Of a DNA stretch of 39,181 bases, positions 8,830-18,913 are shown piece after piece (position 1 is the stretch's first letter; every line of letters begins with the position of its first letter). The notes beneath the pieces were generated by a model. It saw only the letters and a list, made by a program, of their open reading frames with translations, was not told the DNA's origin and searched no databases. The DNA is taken from positions 1-39,181 of IMG/VR virus record IMGVR_UViG_3300022307_000005. One strand, 5' to 3'. A program made the translations under genes and the position numbers. The stretch is from a virus. Its lineage: Duplodnaviria > Caudoviricetes.

Positions 8830-10354
8830 TGATATAGCCTTCCTGAATTAATTGTTCTGCGACTGCTCTTTTTGTTTGTTCGATAGAAAAGCCCATTTTT
8901 TGATATTCTTTTGCGATTGATTGAGCCCTTTTTGATTTTGCCGGTCTGTTAACGCTTACACCTAAAAGAGCGGAAGGAAGATCATTTTTAAGTTTCCACT
9001 GGTAAGTATCCCGTAAGGATTTCATACGAATACCGCCAAGGTTTCTAAGGGCCTTGAATTGTCTACTTAAGACAGAAATCGGGGCGTCTTCCGTAATAAC
9101 GCTTTGCCAATGTTCTCTCGCGGACACACTGACCTCAGCCGCAGAGGTTGCGCCGCCACCGGCTAATTTTCCGGCCTCACTCGCGAGTTCTGCAATGTAG
9201 AGTTCCATTTCAGCGAGTGCAGGGGTGGCCGCAGCATATCGTCGTAATTGATTCAATGGCACATTTAATAACCGGGCGTCTATATTCCCAAGTTCCTGCA
9301 TGATCTCTTCAGCTCTAATTGTCTGCATGTCGATATTGGCTACTGCACTGCTGGTGGCTGATATTTGTTTGTCAAGTAAAGAAAGACCGGTTTTCTGAGC
9401 TGCGGTGGCATTTCTTAAAGCGGCAATGTTTTCCGGGGGTATCCCTCTGTCTCTGGCTGCTTGATAACCGGCTCTTTGGATACGAGTTCTCTCCGGGCTG
9501 TTTCTCGGTAGTCCAGAAATAACAGATCGATCATATAGCCAATTAACACCCGCGTCTTTTATATCTTGATCCTCAAACTCTCCTCCGCCGTACATACTTT
9601 CAAACCGTTTTTCCAAAAGGTTCGAACGCATAGAAGCCAATCTGGATTGAATAGTGAATTCTCTTTCCTGATTTTCCAATGTAGGCTTTTTAGTTTGAAT
9701 AACCTGAGGGGTTTCTAAGCCTTTCCGGTTATCTTCTTTCATTGCACCGAACACTTTAGCAATTTTCATCATGTTTGCATCGGTTGGTTTTTGGTTATAA
9801 ATTTCCCGAGCGGCCCAATAGGCTTCCGCTAATTTTCCATCGATCTCTTTTTCAATGCTCCCCCCTTCAAAAAAAGAATTCATGATCGAACCGATATTGA
9901 CAGCTTGGCCGATATCGTTTCCAAACGTTTCATTGAACGCCTCGATACGAGCCTGGATAGCATTTTTCTGAGCGTCCGGAGAATTAAAATTTTTGATTTC
10001 TTTAGTAAGAGCTTCTCTTTCTCGTTCACGGATTTGTTGAATTTTCTGAACATTATCCAAACTTTTACCAAAAGCTTCGGTAGCCATTTTTTGATAAGAG
10101 TGTAAACCTAACTGTTGTTTTGCCGGTGTATCTAACCATTCAGGAAAATTAACCTGACCGTTTTTAACTTGAATCCCAATTCCTTTTTCTATCAACTGTT
10201 TTTCGAGCCATTGATTTTGAGATATCTTGGATTGTAAAGCCATGTTAGTTAAAGATTTGGCTTGCGCGAATCCTGTAAAATTGGGGTTTTGCCCGGTAGC
10301 ATCCTCATACCATTGCTGGCCCAATTTAAATCCTTGCGACGGTGATAAAGGCAT
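8822..10354 (-). CDS. Internal virion / ejection protein
   Basis: 510 aa helical/coiled-coil composition; position in ejection cluster. Confidence 0.65.
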   Translation of the reverse strand: MPLSPSQGFKLGQQWYEDATGQNPNFTGFAQAKSLTNMALQSKISQNQWLEKQLIEKGIGIQVKNGQVNFPEWLDTPAKQQLGLHSYQKMATEAFGKSLDNVQKIQQIREREREALTKEIKNFNSPDAQKNAIQARIEAFNETFGNDIGQAVNIGSIMNSFFEGGSIEKEIDGKLAEAYWAAREIYNQKPTDANMMKIAKVFGAMKEDNRKGLETPQVIQTKKPTLENQEREFTIQSRLASMRSNLLEKRFESMYGGGEFEDQDIKDAGVNWLYDRSVISGLPRNSPERTRIQRAGYQAARDRGIPPENIAALRNATAAQKTGLSLLDKQISATSSAVANIDMQTIRAEEIMQELGNIDARLLNVPLNQLRRYAAATPALAEMELYIAELASEAGKLAGGGATSAAEVSVSAREHWQSVITEDAPISVLSRQFKALRNLGGIRMKSLRDTYQWKLKNDLPSALLGVSVNRPAKSKRAQSIAKEYQKMGFSIEQTKRAVAEQLIQEGYINE

Positions 10355-10363
10355 TTTATCCTC

Positions 10364-11125
10364 CTATGCTGCTGCTAAAGCAAGGCTCGTGCCGATACTC
10401 GCGAGCCCTAATCTGTTTTGATAACGGCTTTGTTCACTTACCTGTTTATTAATCGCGTTCTGCAAAGCTGTTTGAGCTTGCATAGATCTGTTTGCCGAAT
10501 AATAGTTCTGGATATTTGAAGACACCGATAGCGCCTGGTTTAACTGATCTTGCATTAACTGGGAAGTAAGTTTATACCCCTGAAGAGACATTTCCTGTTT
10601 CGCTAATTCGAAATCACTTTTGGCTGTTTCACGGGAAAGGCCTAACTCCGAAAGAGAAGAAAGAAGGGCTTGCGATTCTTTTAACTTTGTGTCTCTTTCG
10701 ATATTAACCCCGGTCGTAGTGTCCGCAATCCCTGAAGCTACCTGTTGGGCGTATCTTTTCGCCCCGGCTTGACCAGCCTCAATATTAAATTGCTCCATTA
10801 AAGCTTGCTTCTGTAACTCGTATTCTTGATTAAAAGCAGACTCTTCTTCTGGGCTTAATACCTGATTTTCTTGAAGCTGGTCAAAATATTGTCTCTGCGT
10901 TTTTTCAAGTTCGCTTTCAGCACCTAATTGATTTATCAGGATATCAAGCCACTGAGATTGTTTCTGCATAAGAGTTGTCTCTTCTGCGGTCGGGGCCGGA
11001 TAATTTACATTGACGTTCGTATCGTCCCCACCTCCACCACCAAAAAGATCGATTACAAAATCTGTACTCTGTTTAATCGGCGTGGAATCAATTACATCTT
11101 CGACAAAGCTTTCTACATCACCCAT
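10364..11125 (-). CDS. Small ejection (pilot-like) protein
   Basis: GGGGG near N-terminus, Gln-rich coiled coil, hydrophobic LGLASIGTSLALAAA tail. Confidence 0.65.
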   Translation of the reverse strand: MGDVESFVEDVIDSTPIKQSTDFVIDLFGGGGGDDTNVNVNYPAPTAEETTLMQKQSQWLDILINQLGAESELEKTQRQYFDQLQENQVLSPEEESAFNQEYELQKQALMEQFNIEAGQAGAKRYAQQVASGIADTTTGVNIERDTKLKESQALLSSLSELGLSRETAKSDFELAKQEMSLQGYKLTSQLMQDQLNQALSVSSNIQNYYSANRSMQAQTALQNAINKQVSEQSRYQNRLGLASIGTSLALAAA

Positions 11126-11130
11126 AGCTT

Positions 11131-11889
11131 CTAACCCTCAGTTGTTTGTCCGGCCAAACCTAAATTTTTCAATAGGTCTTGATATTGTTTATCGGCTTTA
11201 ATGGACCCATATTTATTAATACCTACACTTGCCAATGACGTTATAAAATCCATATTAACATCATTTATAAACTGCTGATTACCCATATTTGCCTTGGAAA
11301 CCTCTATATCCATACCTAACTTGGCTTTTCTTTGATTTTGATACCAGTTTGAAAGGCCGGATAACGAATCCGCGTAAAGACGTTTGTTCATTGAATCAAC
11401 AGAAGCTACCACCCCCGCGGTTTGTAGCCCCAATTTTCCTTTATTTATAAAATAATTTCGGGCCATACTAATTCTATTGGCTTCCAATTTTTTATTATAA
11501 ACGGATTTCATGGCACTTACAGCGGCCTGATTTTCAATCTTCATTTGATCCGCTGTTTCTTTACGGATCTGACCGCGTGCGACCATCTGGTCAATATTTC
11601 TGCCGTATGATTTTGAGGCAAGGTCAACCCCGGCTTCCGTTACTTCTTTTTTTATATTGGCGAACTCCATGGTATATTTCGCCAAATCTTTTTCATTCAT
11701 ATCTGTGTGCGGAAGTGAAGAATATATAAGTTCCTTGACAGCCGGGTCACCGATACGAGTTTGCAATTGCTCCACAATATTTAACTGCATGCTCGCAATT
11801 TCCTTTTCCGTCTCTGTTACTTCCGGATATGTAACATCTATATTTTCGGGAGCGCCTAAAACTCCAAGGATATCACTCGCTGTCGCCAT
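11131..11889 (-). CDS. Small ejection (pilot-like) protein, apparent paralogue of 10364-11125
   Basis: Start MATASD after GAGGA; NIDVTYPEVTETE vs NVNVNYPAPTAEE. Confidence 0.6.
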   Translation of the reverse strand: MATASDILGVLGAPENIDVTYPEVTETEKEIASMQLNIVEQLQTRIGDPAVKELIYSSLPHTDMNEKDLAKYTMEFANIKKEVTEAGVDLASKSYGRNIDQMVARGQIRKETADQMKIENQAAVSAMKSVYNKKLEANRISMARNYFINKGKLGLQTAGVVASVDSMNKRLYADSLSGLSNWYQNQRKAKLGMDIEVSKANMGNQQFINDVNMDFITSLASVGINKYGSIKADKQYQDLLKNLGLAGQTTEG

Positions 11890-12334
11890 TGTCTTGATCC
11901 TCATTTAAACGTTTAAAATATCTCACCTGGACTTTCTTTGTGCCTTTTTTCTCAGTCCATTTTAACATTTCTTCACTGCCAGCAAAAGAAATAATTGTGG
12001 CCCCCTGATCCCTCATTTCATTTTCAAAATGATCAAACAGACCGTCAGCAACCCCCTGTTTTCGATATTTCTTTGAAGTGAATATTAATTGGCATATCCC
12101 TATTTTCTCTGCGGGATTAAATAGATAAGGAGCTATTCCCCCTCCAATAAGAGCCCCGCGCATTTCTTCTTCAAAATCAATCCAGGCAAACCCTCGGGCA
12201 ACTATTTCAAATAATCTATCTGAGAAACCGATTTTGTCGCAAGTTAATATACCAAAAACTTCAGCTTCCCTGAAATTCTCGTCAAGCTCCCTTACTAAAA
12301 AAGGGATGTCTTGGATTTCCATTTTTCTGATCAT
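11873..12334 (-). CDS. GNAT-family acetyltransferase (virion-operon type)
   Basis: MIRKMEIQDI start and FTSKKYRKQGVADGL acetyl-CoA motif; sits between tail and ejection genes as in many podoviruses. Confidence 0.85.
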   Translation of the reverse strand: MIRKMEIQDIPFLVRELDENFREAEVFGILTCDKIGFSDRLFEIVARGFAWIDFEEEMRGALIGGGIAPYLFNPAEKIGICQLIFTSKKYRKQGVADGLFDHFENEMRDQGATIISFAGSEEMLKWTEKKGTKKVQVRYFKRLNEDQDNGDSE

Positions 12335-12343
12335 AATTATCTC

Positions 12344-13123
12344 CTATTCATGAAGATATGATAAATAAAAAACAGCATGTTCAAACGTTGGGTCTGAACC
12401 ATCTGTAATACATTGAACTTCTATTCGAAATTGATCACCCGCTTCAGCTTCTATAAATAACGGTAAAGCCACATTGGTGTAATTGTTCGCCCCTGTGGTT
12501 GTAGCACCCTGAACATAGGCTTCTTGTCGTGTTTGAGTTATATTATACACTCGGATCTCAAAATCTTTAGTAGCCAGTCCATAAAATGTCATTGATAAAG
12601 TACCCGCATAATGCCCCGCGTTCGTGATTGTAAGAATATCGCCGGATACAGACATCCCAGCAGATTCAAGACCGGTCCATAAATCGTTTGTCCCGTTCGT
12701 TACCCAAGTCCATGTATCAACTGCGGCGATGGATATAGTTTCAGCTTCGCTCTGAAAACCACCATAGGCATGATACGGTGCGGTCTGTTTTACCAGATTA
12801 AACAAAGGTGATGAACCGGTCGCTATATCTTGCGGTAAAGCTAAAGTAATTGAAGAAGCCGCTATCGTTACGGTTATCTGATCGGTTGTTCCTAAAAGTT
12901 CTTTTAAAGATACTGCGTCCGCCCCATTTCCGACCATTATACTATCGGCTGTCAATGTCGTTAATCCTGTACCACCTTTCGGGACAGTGACTTGTGTAGA
13001 CAACGCCGTATCATTTAACTGTCCGCCACCTCGGACGTTAGAATGGTTATGGTTCGCGTTAGTGAAATCATCGATTGTTAATTTCTTTGATTCCGCGATT
13101 CTTTTTGTCTTTGAATCTCTCAC
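12344..13123 (-). CDS. Tail needle / short fibre with probable TNF/C1q-like C-terminal knob
   Basis: HNH..GGGQL trimer motif, VTVPKGGTGLTTL fibre repeat, beta-rich C-terminus; no signal peptide. Confidence 0.7.
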   Translation of the reverse strand: MRDSKTKRIAESKKLTIDDFTNANHNHSNVRGGGQLNDTALSTQVTVPKGGTGLTTLTADSIMVGNGADAVSLKELLGTTDQITVTIAASSITLALPQDIATGSSPLFNLVKQTAPYHAYGGFQSEAETISIAAVDTWTWVTNGTNDLWTGLESAGMSVSGDILTITNAGHYAGTLSMTFYGLATKDFEIRVYNITQTRQEAYVQGATTTGANNYTNVALPLFIEAEAGDQFRIEVQCITDGSDPTFEHAVFYLSYLHE

Positions 13124-13127
13124 TATA

Positions 13128-14663
13128 CTATCCTAAATATTTAAATCTTGTTCGGTAGTTCATTAATGAATTTTTCATCGTAAAAGTCTGACTTGCTGTA
13201 TTATGCCTTAATTTTAAAAGAAAACTTTTATCGGTCTTTCCGCCTAAATATCCAAATCTTTTATGAGCTGATTTTCCTTTTATATCCCAGGTACTATCTG
13301 TAAGGTCTTCAGTAGACAGGGTAGAATAATTGGCTGTATTTATGATATCCACCCAATCCTGGAAACCCCAACCATGCATTACGGTCAAAGAACAGGCTGT
13401 TGAATAATCAATGTTCAAAATCATTGAAGCGGCATTTACCTGTTTCTCGACATCCCCGAACGCCCAAATCCCAAAAGCATCAATCGCAGTCGAGGTATCG
13501 TTCGTTCCTGTATCCAGCAACCGGACAAACCCGTCAGAGCAACCGGCGTACATTAACATCTTACTGCCGTCCGCAACAGCTCCAAAAGAAATGGGAGTTA
13601 ACCCTGACATTGGGAAAATTGAATAAGGGGGAAGACCAAGTTCTTCTCTCAATTGTCTGTTCGAATAATCAATAACAAACCAATATCTTGTTGAAGCTCC
13701 GGTAGGGACCGAACAATAAATTTGTTCTTTATGCTTGTAATGCCTAAAGTGTGCATTTTGCAGATAATCTTTATCAAGGCCGGCTCCATTTGATGATTTA
13801 AAAAAATCCTTAATATTTCCTATGATAGAAATCGATTCGATATCACCGTATTGAGTAACACCCGATAACCTCTTTATATCAAAACCATCAAGGAAGATAA
13901 GCTCGTTTCCAACTTGGGTAATCGCTGTGGGGGAAGTGAATCCGACCGAATCGTTTTCTTTTGTGTACAGGGGTTGAAGTCTAAAAGTACTGGAATCTGT
14001 TTCCGGCGTACCGAGTAAAACATAAAGCTGGTTCAGTTTCCCAATAATCAAAAGGTCAAAGAAGCTAAAAAGACCTTTAATAACTTGCCCTGTATCACCG
14101 ACCGTTCCTTCCCAATAGCCGATAGCTGTAGTTGAATCAGAATAATCTGTAGGATCTCTCAAAGCAGATCCATAAAGAGTCGCACCAACAGCTACCCAAA
14201 CTCTTTCACCCCATTCAGCAATGCACGAACCCCCGTTCAAAGCATTCGCGTCGGTGGTAAGATCACTTCCATTAGCCCCATCGGTTTTTTTGGCATTATC
14301 GGAGCCATTAACATAGATGGCGTACCCGCCATAATTTAACCATTGTCCATAGGCCCCGGAAGTAAGTTGAGTTATATGATTATTGAAAGCCAAGGAACCA
14401 GAGTCGTATTTACCAATCACTGTTCCTTGAGCTGCGAATTTATATGAAGTCCCGCTCTTTATTAATTCGTGAAACGAGGTAACCAAAGAGCCGTAGACAG
14501 TTGAATTCAATTTGCTGCTACCACCTCTTTTAGTCGCGTAACCCCCTTCAGTCGGTAAAATATTTTGGCTATGAGCCATAAAAAACTGAGGCATCTTTCC
14601 GTAAGCCGGAAAGTTCGAATAATTAACTCCCCCCAAAACATTTCCAAATATCTGTTTATTCAT
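13128..14663 (-). CDS. Tail nozzle / DNA stabilisation protein (P22 gp10 / T7 gp12 position)
   Basis: GGVN..QNI..TKRGGS N-terminus, beta-propeller-like repeats, follows adaptor. Confidence 0.75.
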   Translation of the reverse strand: MNKQIFGNVLGGVNYSNFPAYGKMPQFFMAHSQNILPTEGGYATKRGGSSKLNSTVYGSLVTSFHELIKSGTSYKFAAQGTVIGKYDSGSLAFNNHITQLTSGAYGQWLNYGGYAIYVNGSDNAKKTDGANGSDLTTDANALNGGSCIAEWGERVWVAVGATLYGSALRDPTDYSDSTTAIGYWEGTVGDTGQVIKGLFSFFDLLIIGKLNQLYVLLGTPETDSSTFRLQPLYTKENDSVGFTSPTAITQVGNELIFLDGFDIKRLSGVTQYGDIESISIIGNIKDFFKSSNGAGLDKDYLQNAHFRHYKHKEQIYCSVPTGASTRYWFVIDYSNRQLREELGLPPYSIFPMSGLTPISFGAVADGSKMLMYAGCSDGFVRLLDTGTNDTSTAIDAFGIWAFGDVEKQVNAASMILNIDYSTACSLTVMHGWGFQDWVDIINTANYSTLSTEDLTDSTWDIKGKSAHKRFGYLGGKTDKSFLLKLRHNTASQTFTMKNSLMNYRTRFKYLG

Positions 14664-15333
14664 TATCGCTTCGCCTCATTCTTACGGGGATACGATTAGG
14701 TTTAGGAGCCTGAAGCATCAATATTCTTTTTATGCCGGATATAGCCATTAAAAAAGCATCTTTATTTTCTGCTCTTATTTGAGCGTATTCAGGATCAGGG
14801 TAAAGCTTAAGTGAACCCTGCCAAACACCCCCGAGTTGTAAAGCAGTTTCAAGTTTTGTCCACGTTGGATTTTGGTCGGTAGCAAGATCTGGATGAAACC
14901 TCCGCATTGCCGCGTAAAGCACATAGGCATCGTCCGGAATCGGGGCCAATCGCATTTCATGAACAGCCGACGAAGGGTTATATTCCAATGTTACTTCAGT
15001 CGGAGCATCGGTGTCTTCACTGGAAGGGTCCGGATGCCGTAAGTCAAACTCCGCTCTATCGAGTATTTCAAGTTGCCCATCACCGCTGGTATCGTCTCTT
15101 AAAGTAATAAGATCAAAAAAATCGCTCGGCATAGAATACGTTGCCTGATCGGCAACCGTCGTAATGTAAGATTCAGAAGATTTTAGAAACTCAGCGTTCG
15201 GGATTTCCCCGGTAATGAAATCCATAGCGATGTTCATCCATCTAAGCGCACGGGCTAAAAGAGTGGAACTGGTTGAATCGACTTCTAAATCTTTTAAAAT
15301 ATTTGCCTGGATCGTTGAGGTCGTTGCCATCAT
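14656..15333 (-). CDS. Head-tail adaptor protein
   Basis: RWMNIAM, TVADQATYSMPSDF, RLAPIPDDAY motifs typical of podoviral adaptors. Confidence 0.78.
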   Translation of the reverse strand: MMATTSTIQANILKDLEVDSTSSTLLARALRWMNIAMDFITGEIPNAEFLKSSESYITTVADQATYSMPSDFFDLITLRDDTSGDGQLEILDRAEFDLRHPDPSSEDTDAPTEVTLEYNPSSAVHEMRLAPIPDDAYVLYAAMRRFHPDLATDQNPTWTKLETALQLGGVWQGSLKLYPDPEYAQIRAENKDAFLMAISGIKRILMLQAPKPNRIPVRMRRSDNE

Positions 15334-15833
15334 CGTCTCCTAAGTCGTTCCATATTTTGATGGTCGGTGTTTTCCGGGTCAATTCGGCGCATACAATGAA
15401 GATATGCGTCAACGATCCTTGCGCCTTTAAGTTGAAACCGGATTTGTTTTTCAACAGACCTATTGAAATCCCCATTCTGCAAAGCTGTCCCAACACCTTT
15501 CGGGTATTCATGCCATATTTCATTATTTCTTGGCATGTTTTCCTGAATCCACGCTTTACATTTATTGGCAATTTTATAAAGCCGGTCGGCTTCTTTTCCA
15601 GTAACCTTTACCGGTATCCCTTGGCGAAGCTGATTTTCTTTCATCCGCAATTCTCTTTGAAGCTCCGGTTTTCCACGCATCGCCCATTTAAAATGACCCA
15701 CAGTGCCTTGGTTCTCGCTGCCCCTGTCTTCTCCCTCGATCATTTTTACAAGACTGGTGATATCTGCTTTTATTTCTCGAATTTGAGTAGGAGAAAGATA
15801 TTGCTTTATCGGTTTTGATTTTTTTGTTTCCAT
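15330..15833 (-). CDS. Hypothetical basic protein
   Basis: 167 aa, coupled to adaptor by ATGA overlap. Confidence 0.7.
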   Translation of the reverse strand: METKKSKPIKQYLSPTQIREIKADITSLVKMIEGEDRGSENQGTVGHFKWAMRGKPELQRELRMKENQLRQGIPVKVTGKEADRLYKIANKCKAWIQENMPRNNEIWHEYPKGVGTALQNGDFNRSVEKQIRFQLKGARIVDAYLHCMRRIDPENTDHQNMERLRRR

Positions 15834-15845
15834 AAATTACCTTTT

Positions 15846-15874
15846 AAGAAAGCGGGGAAGTTTCCCTCCCCGCT
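15846..15874 (-). terminator. Intrinsic terminator closing the head-gene block
   Basis: Minus strand AGCGGGGAGG-GAAA-CTTCCCCGCT-TTCTT, GNRA loop, short U tract. Confidence 0.75.
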
Positions 15875-15895
15875 GTTTAATTTAATTTTTGCCGT

Positions 15896-16876
15896 TTAGG
15901 TGGCTTCAACCAGAACAGCAAGACCACTAGTATTGTTGGTGGGCGCTCCGCCGTCAATATAAGTTTTCGCTGACTCCGTGTTAGCCTCCCAATCTGTTGC
16001 CCCGATAAGCGTACAATTTTTCAGAATCAAAAGACCGTCCGGGCTTCCACCACCGGTTACATCAAAAGCCTCTGTCATGGTCGTACCGCTGGCTGTTCCT
16101 GTCGGCATGTTTACAAATAGACAGTTCTCAAAAAGGTTCCACCTGTCCAAACCATTAACAGGTACGAGCAAAAACTGGTGTCCTGCGGCTTCCGCGTAGG
16201 TCGGAAAAATACAATTCCGAAAAATGTTTCTCGTCGCACCACTTGCCAACCGCAATTCACTGTTCGCCGCAGTACCCCGCGCAATGGTATCGAGGCCAAT
16301 AACACAATCTTCGAACAGGTTTTCTGCACCACCCGATATTTGCAGAGAGTAGTTATTCGCGACGTCCTGCGTCGCATTCCCTATTCCTGCAATATGACAC
16401 CGGTAAAAATGGTTCCGGGAACCCGTTACATTGAGCGCTCCGATACTGTTTGCATCGGCAACACCATGAAAAATATGGATATTGGATACAAAACAATTAT
16501 TTGCGGAAAAAGTGATAAGCGGAGCGCATCCGGTTGCGGTAGAAAGCTGGGCGATTCTTGATCGTTGTCCAACCATACCCCCGCTATTTACACCAATAAG
16601 GCGGGTACCATCTTTACTCCAAGTTAATGTTGCGGAGAGATAATCCGTTGTACCGCTCGCACTATTATCTTCTGCGTACATATAAACAGTGTCTTGCTGG
16701 TCAGCACTGATCAATGTATGTGCCTGGGATAAAGTTTTTATGGCGGCGTCCAACGATTTACCGTTATGGCTGTCATTTCCGTTAGAAGGTTTCAGATGGT
16801 AGATATCCCCTTGAGTAATTAAACCCCCGATAGGAACACCCCCCATATGAAACAATTGATCCCCAAAAGTAGTCAT
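15896..16876 (-). CDS. Right-handed beta-helix (pectate-lyase-like) protein, probable head-associated
   Basis: GNDSHNGKS.DAAIKTLSQA cap and repeated N-x-F-x-x-C rungs (RNHFYRC, ENLFEDC, RNIFRNC, WNLFENC). Confidence 0.75.
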   Translation of the reverse strand: MTTFGDQLFHMGGVPIGGLITQGDIYHLKPSNGNDSHNGKSLDAAIKTLSQAHTLISADQQDTVYMYAEDNSASGTTDYLSATLTWSKDGTRLIGVNSGGMVGQRSRIAQLSTATGCAPLITFSANNCFVSNIHIFHGVADANSIGALNVTGSRNHFYRCHIAGIGNATQDVANNYSLQISGGAENLFEDCVIGLDTIARGTAANSELRLASGATRNIFRNCIFPTYAEAAGHQFLLVPVNGLDRWNLFENCLFVNMPTGTASGTTMTEAFDVTGGGSPDGLLILKNCTLIGATDWEANTESAKTYIDGGAPTNNTSGLAVLVEAT

Positions 16877-16889
16877 AGTTCACCCCCCC

Positions 16890-17804
16890 TTAAGATCCGC
16901 TCAGATGCCCATAAATGGGGTGCCAAGCGTAGAAGTCGGCGTTGGATCTCTCGTAAACCGTCCATTTCCGAACAAAGGTATCACTATCCGGGGGAACCAT
17001 GGAAAAATCCGGGGCGATCCGTGTCCAGAACTTAAAGAACAGTTTGGAAATCCGACTATCAAGCATGAACCAGTTGGTTGAAGAACTGAGACGCCGGGAT
17101 ACAACCAGTTTATAAAGGCCCTGGTAGAAGTTGGCGTTGTTGTTCGCTGTCCCTGGTTGTTTGTCGCTTTTGATAACTTCCCAAATTTCGGGTTGTTTCA
17201 GAGGATGAGCAATAATGGTGTCATAGTCAACATCCAACAGCTCGCCCCTGTTGTTGAAAACCGCGGTTTGCCCAATGATCCGCGTTGCCTCCAGAGCGGT
17301 CACAGAAAACGCACTGGTTCCTTTGTTCGACTGGGTTGTTGCGTCGGTCGGGCTGTAGGGATGACTTGCGTTACAAAGAGACAAACTATCCCCCCCGGTT
17401 GTCCCGGTAAAAGCGTTATTCAGCATCGTAACCTTTTTCTTGATCAAAGTACGTGCTGTTGACTGCGCCATAAGCCGGGGAATGTTATTGATGACACCAT
17501 GAAGATCATCTTCGACAAGCATTCGTGCAACCTTCGCACCCAATGCATAGGGAGGAAAATATGTGGTCTTGTCGTACAACTGTTCACTAGTATCATAATG
17601 GACTGTTCCATCGAATTCCTGAAGATCGGTGAAACTGCCAGCACCGCTCATCTTTTCAAAATTCCGATTGGAACTTTCCATTCCATAGACATATTCACCA
17701 ATGTCGTCCTTCATGTACTCGTCGAACTCCATCTGGTAAATTTTTCGGAAAGATACATCGAGTATATCCCCCCAATTCTCAGTAATATGAATTCCTACTG
17801 TCAT
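16890..17804 (-). CDS. Major capsid protein (HK97 fold, Mu gpT-like family)
   Basis: SSNRNFE, YALG...LVEDD, LNNAF..GGDSLSLCNASHP, NNNAN, SSTNWF motifs; GGAGG RBS. Confidence 0.88.
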   Translation of the reverse strand: MTVGIHITENWGDILDVSFRKIYQMEFDEYMKDDIGEYVYGMESSNRNFEKMSGAGSFTDLQEFDGTVHYDTSEQLYDKTTYFPPYALGAKVARMLVEDDLHGVINNIPRLMAQSTARTLIKKKVTMLNNAFTGTTGGDSLSLCNASHPYSPTDATTQSNKGTSAFSVTALEATRIIGQTAVFNNRGELLDVDYDTIIAHPLKQPEIWEVIKSDKQPGTANNNANFYQGLYKLVVSRRLSSSTNWFMLDSRISKLFFKFWTRIAPDFSMVPPDSDTFVRKWTVYERSNADFYAWHPIYGHLSGS

Positions 17805-17822
17805 GTTTCAATCCCTCCTTTT

Positions 17823-18641
17823 TTAGCTGGTCGCTATGCCGTAGGACCAAGCATTGCCGCCTGCGGCTACGCTCGGAATGGTGAATTCGTGAAAAAACCG
17901 GGCATTGGCAATTTTCGTACCGTCAAGATCCCGATTCAACTTTCGCCTTGGCATAGAAGGAGCCTGGATATAATAATCAAGCCCCTGGACCGTTTCACTG
18001 TTGGACCCCGGAACAATCTCACTCTTGATATCCGTATATGTTGCATTGAAATCAAGAACGGGGGTAAGCGGCGGCTGAATAACCAAACAGGTATCGGTGG
18101 AGGCGCCTGCGTACAACGTAGTTGTAGCTAAGGTCGCACTGGTTGAAGTCCCACTATCAGAAATATAATGCAAATAACCTGCATTATTTCCTGTAAGCCA
18201 ATATATCCACCCACCGATAAGCCGATCCGCCGTGGTAAGAGAAGGAACGGTCAGCGTTGTCCCGGCTGAAGCTGTATAAATAGCTGTATCATAATTCGCT
18301 GCTCCTGCTCGATCCGATCGAACATATTCGGCCTCAATCAATGTAGTTGGAAGGATAGGGCAAATCTTCTTTCGAATCAGATTCACACTCGAGGCATCCA
18401 TAAGTTGAGTTCCGCCCCCGGATACGCATTCCTCCATAAGAATACCGACTATGTTTTCAAGCGCAGTCGCGTTACCCGCAAAGGTCACAAACCGCCCATG
18501 GTCGATATCGTCATAATCCATGATTTTGGCAAGGCTCCCCGAATAAATGGTTGTGGACCCAGCCGCGGCCAGATCGGTGTTATAAACCATATCTATCGGA
18601 ATCGGAGCTGTGCCGTGAAATAAATCTCTAACGACTTTCAT
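17823..18641 (-). CDS. Capsid decoration / cement protein
   Basis: Directly upstream of capsid, beta-rich, Thr/Gly-rich; AAGGAG RBS. Confidence 0.55.
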   Translation of the reverse strand: MKVVRDLFHGTAPIPIDMVYNTDLAAAGSTTIYSGSLAKIMDYDDIDHGRFVTFAGNATALENIVGILMEECVSGGGTQLMDASSVNLIRKKICPILPTTLIEAEYVRSDRAGAANYDTAIYTASAGTTLTVPSLTTADRLIGGWIYWLTGNNAGYLHYISDSGTSTSATLATTTLYAGASTDTCLVIQPPLTPVLDFNATYTDIKSEIVPGSNSETVQGLDYYIQAPSMPRRKLNRDLDGTKIANARFFHEFTIPSVAAGGNAWSYGIATS

Positions 18642-18665
18642 CTTTCAATTCTCCTTGTTTAAAAA

Positions 18666-18890
18666 TTAATACGGTTCCTGAGTGCCGCACCATGGGCACC
18701 CACGATTTACCGTGTCATCATAAGGAGCGTTATCAGAAGAAGGCGCCGGGGATAACTGGGCGTAACTCACCCGTCGGGAACGATTACGTTTAGCCGGTTT
18801 ATGAACGGATTTATCTACCCAATGATTACAATTTTTACAGCGAACATAATCATAGTCTTCATTAGTACCGTTCGAAGGATTGTTGCCCAT
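18666..18890 (-). CDS. Small zinc-ribbon protein
   Basis: CKNC ... GCPWCG. Confidence 0.7.
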   Translation of the reverse strand: MGNNPSNGTNEDYDYVRCKNCNHWVDKSVHKPAKRNRSRRVSYAQLSPAPSSDNAPYDDTVNRGCPWCGTQEPY

Positions 18891-18913
18891 GCTTTACCTT
18901 TACCTCTTTCCAA

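Noticed and set aside
15273-18131. Longer antisense ORFs (15273-15818, 17499-18131) and similar shadows elsewhere
   Set aside because: They lie opposite well-supported structural genes and show no motifs
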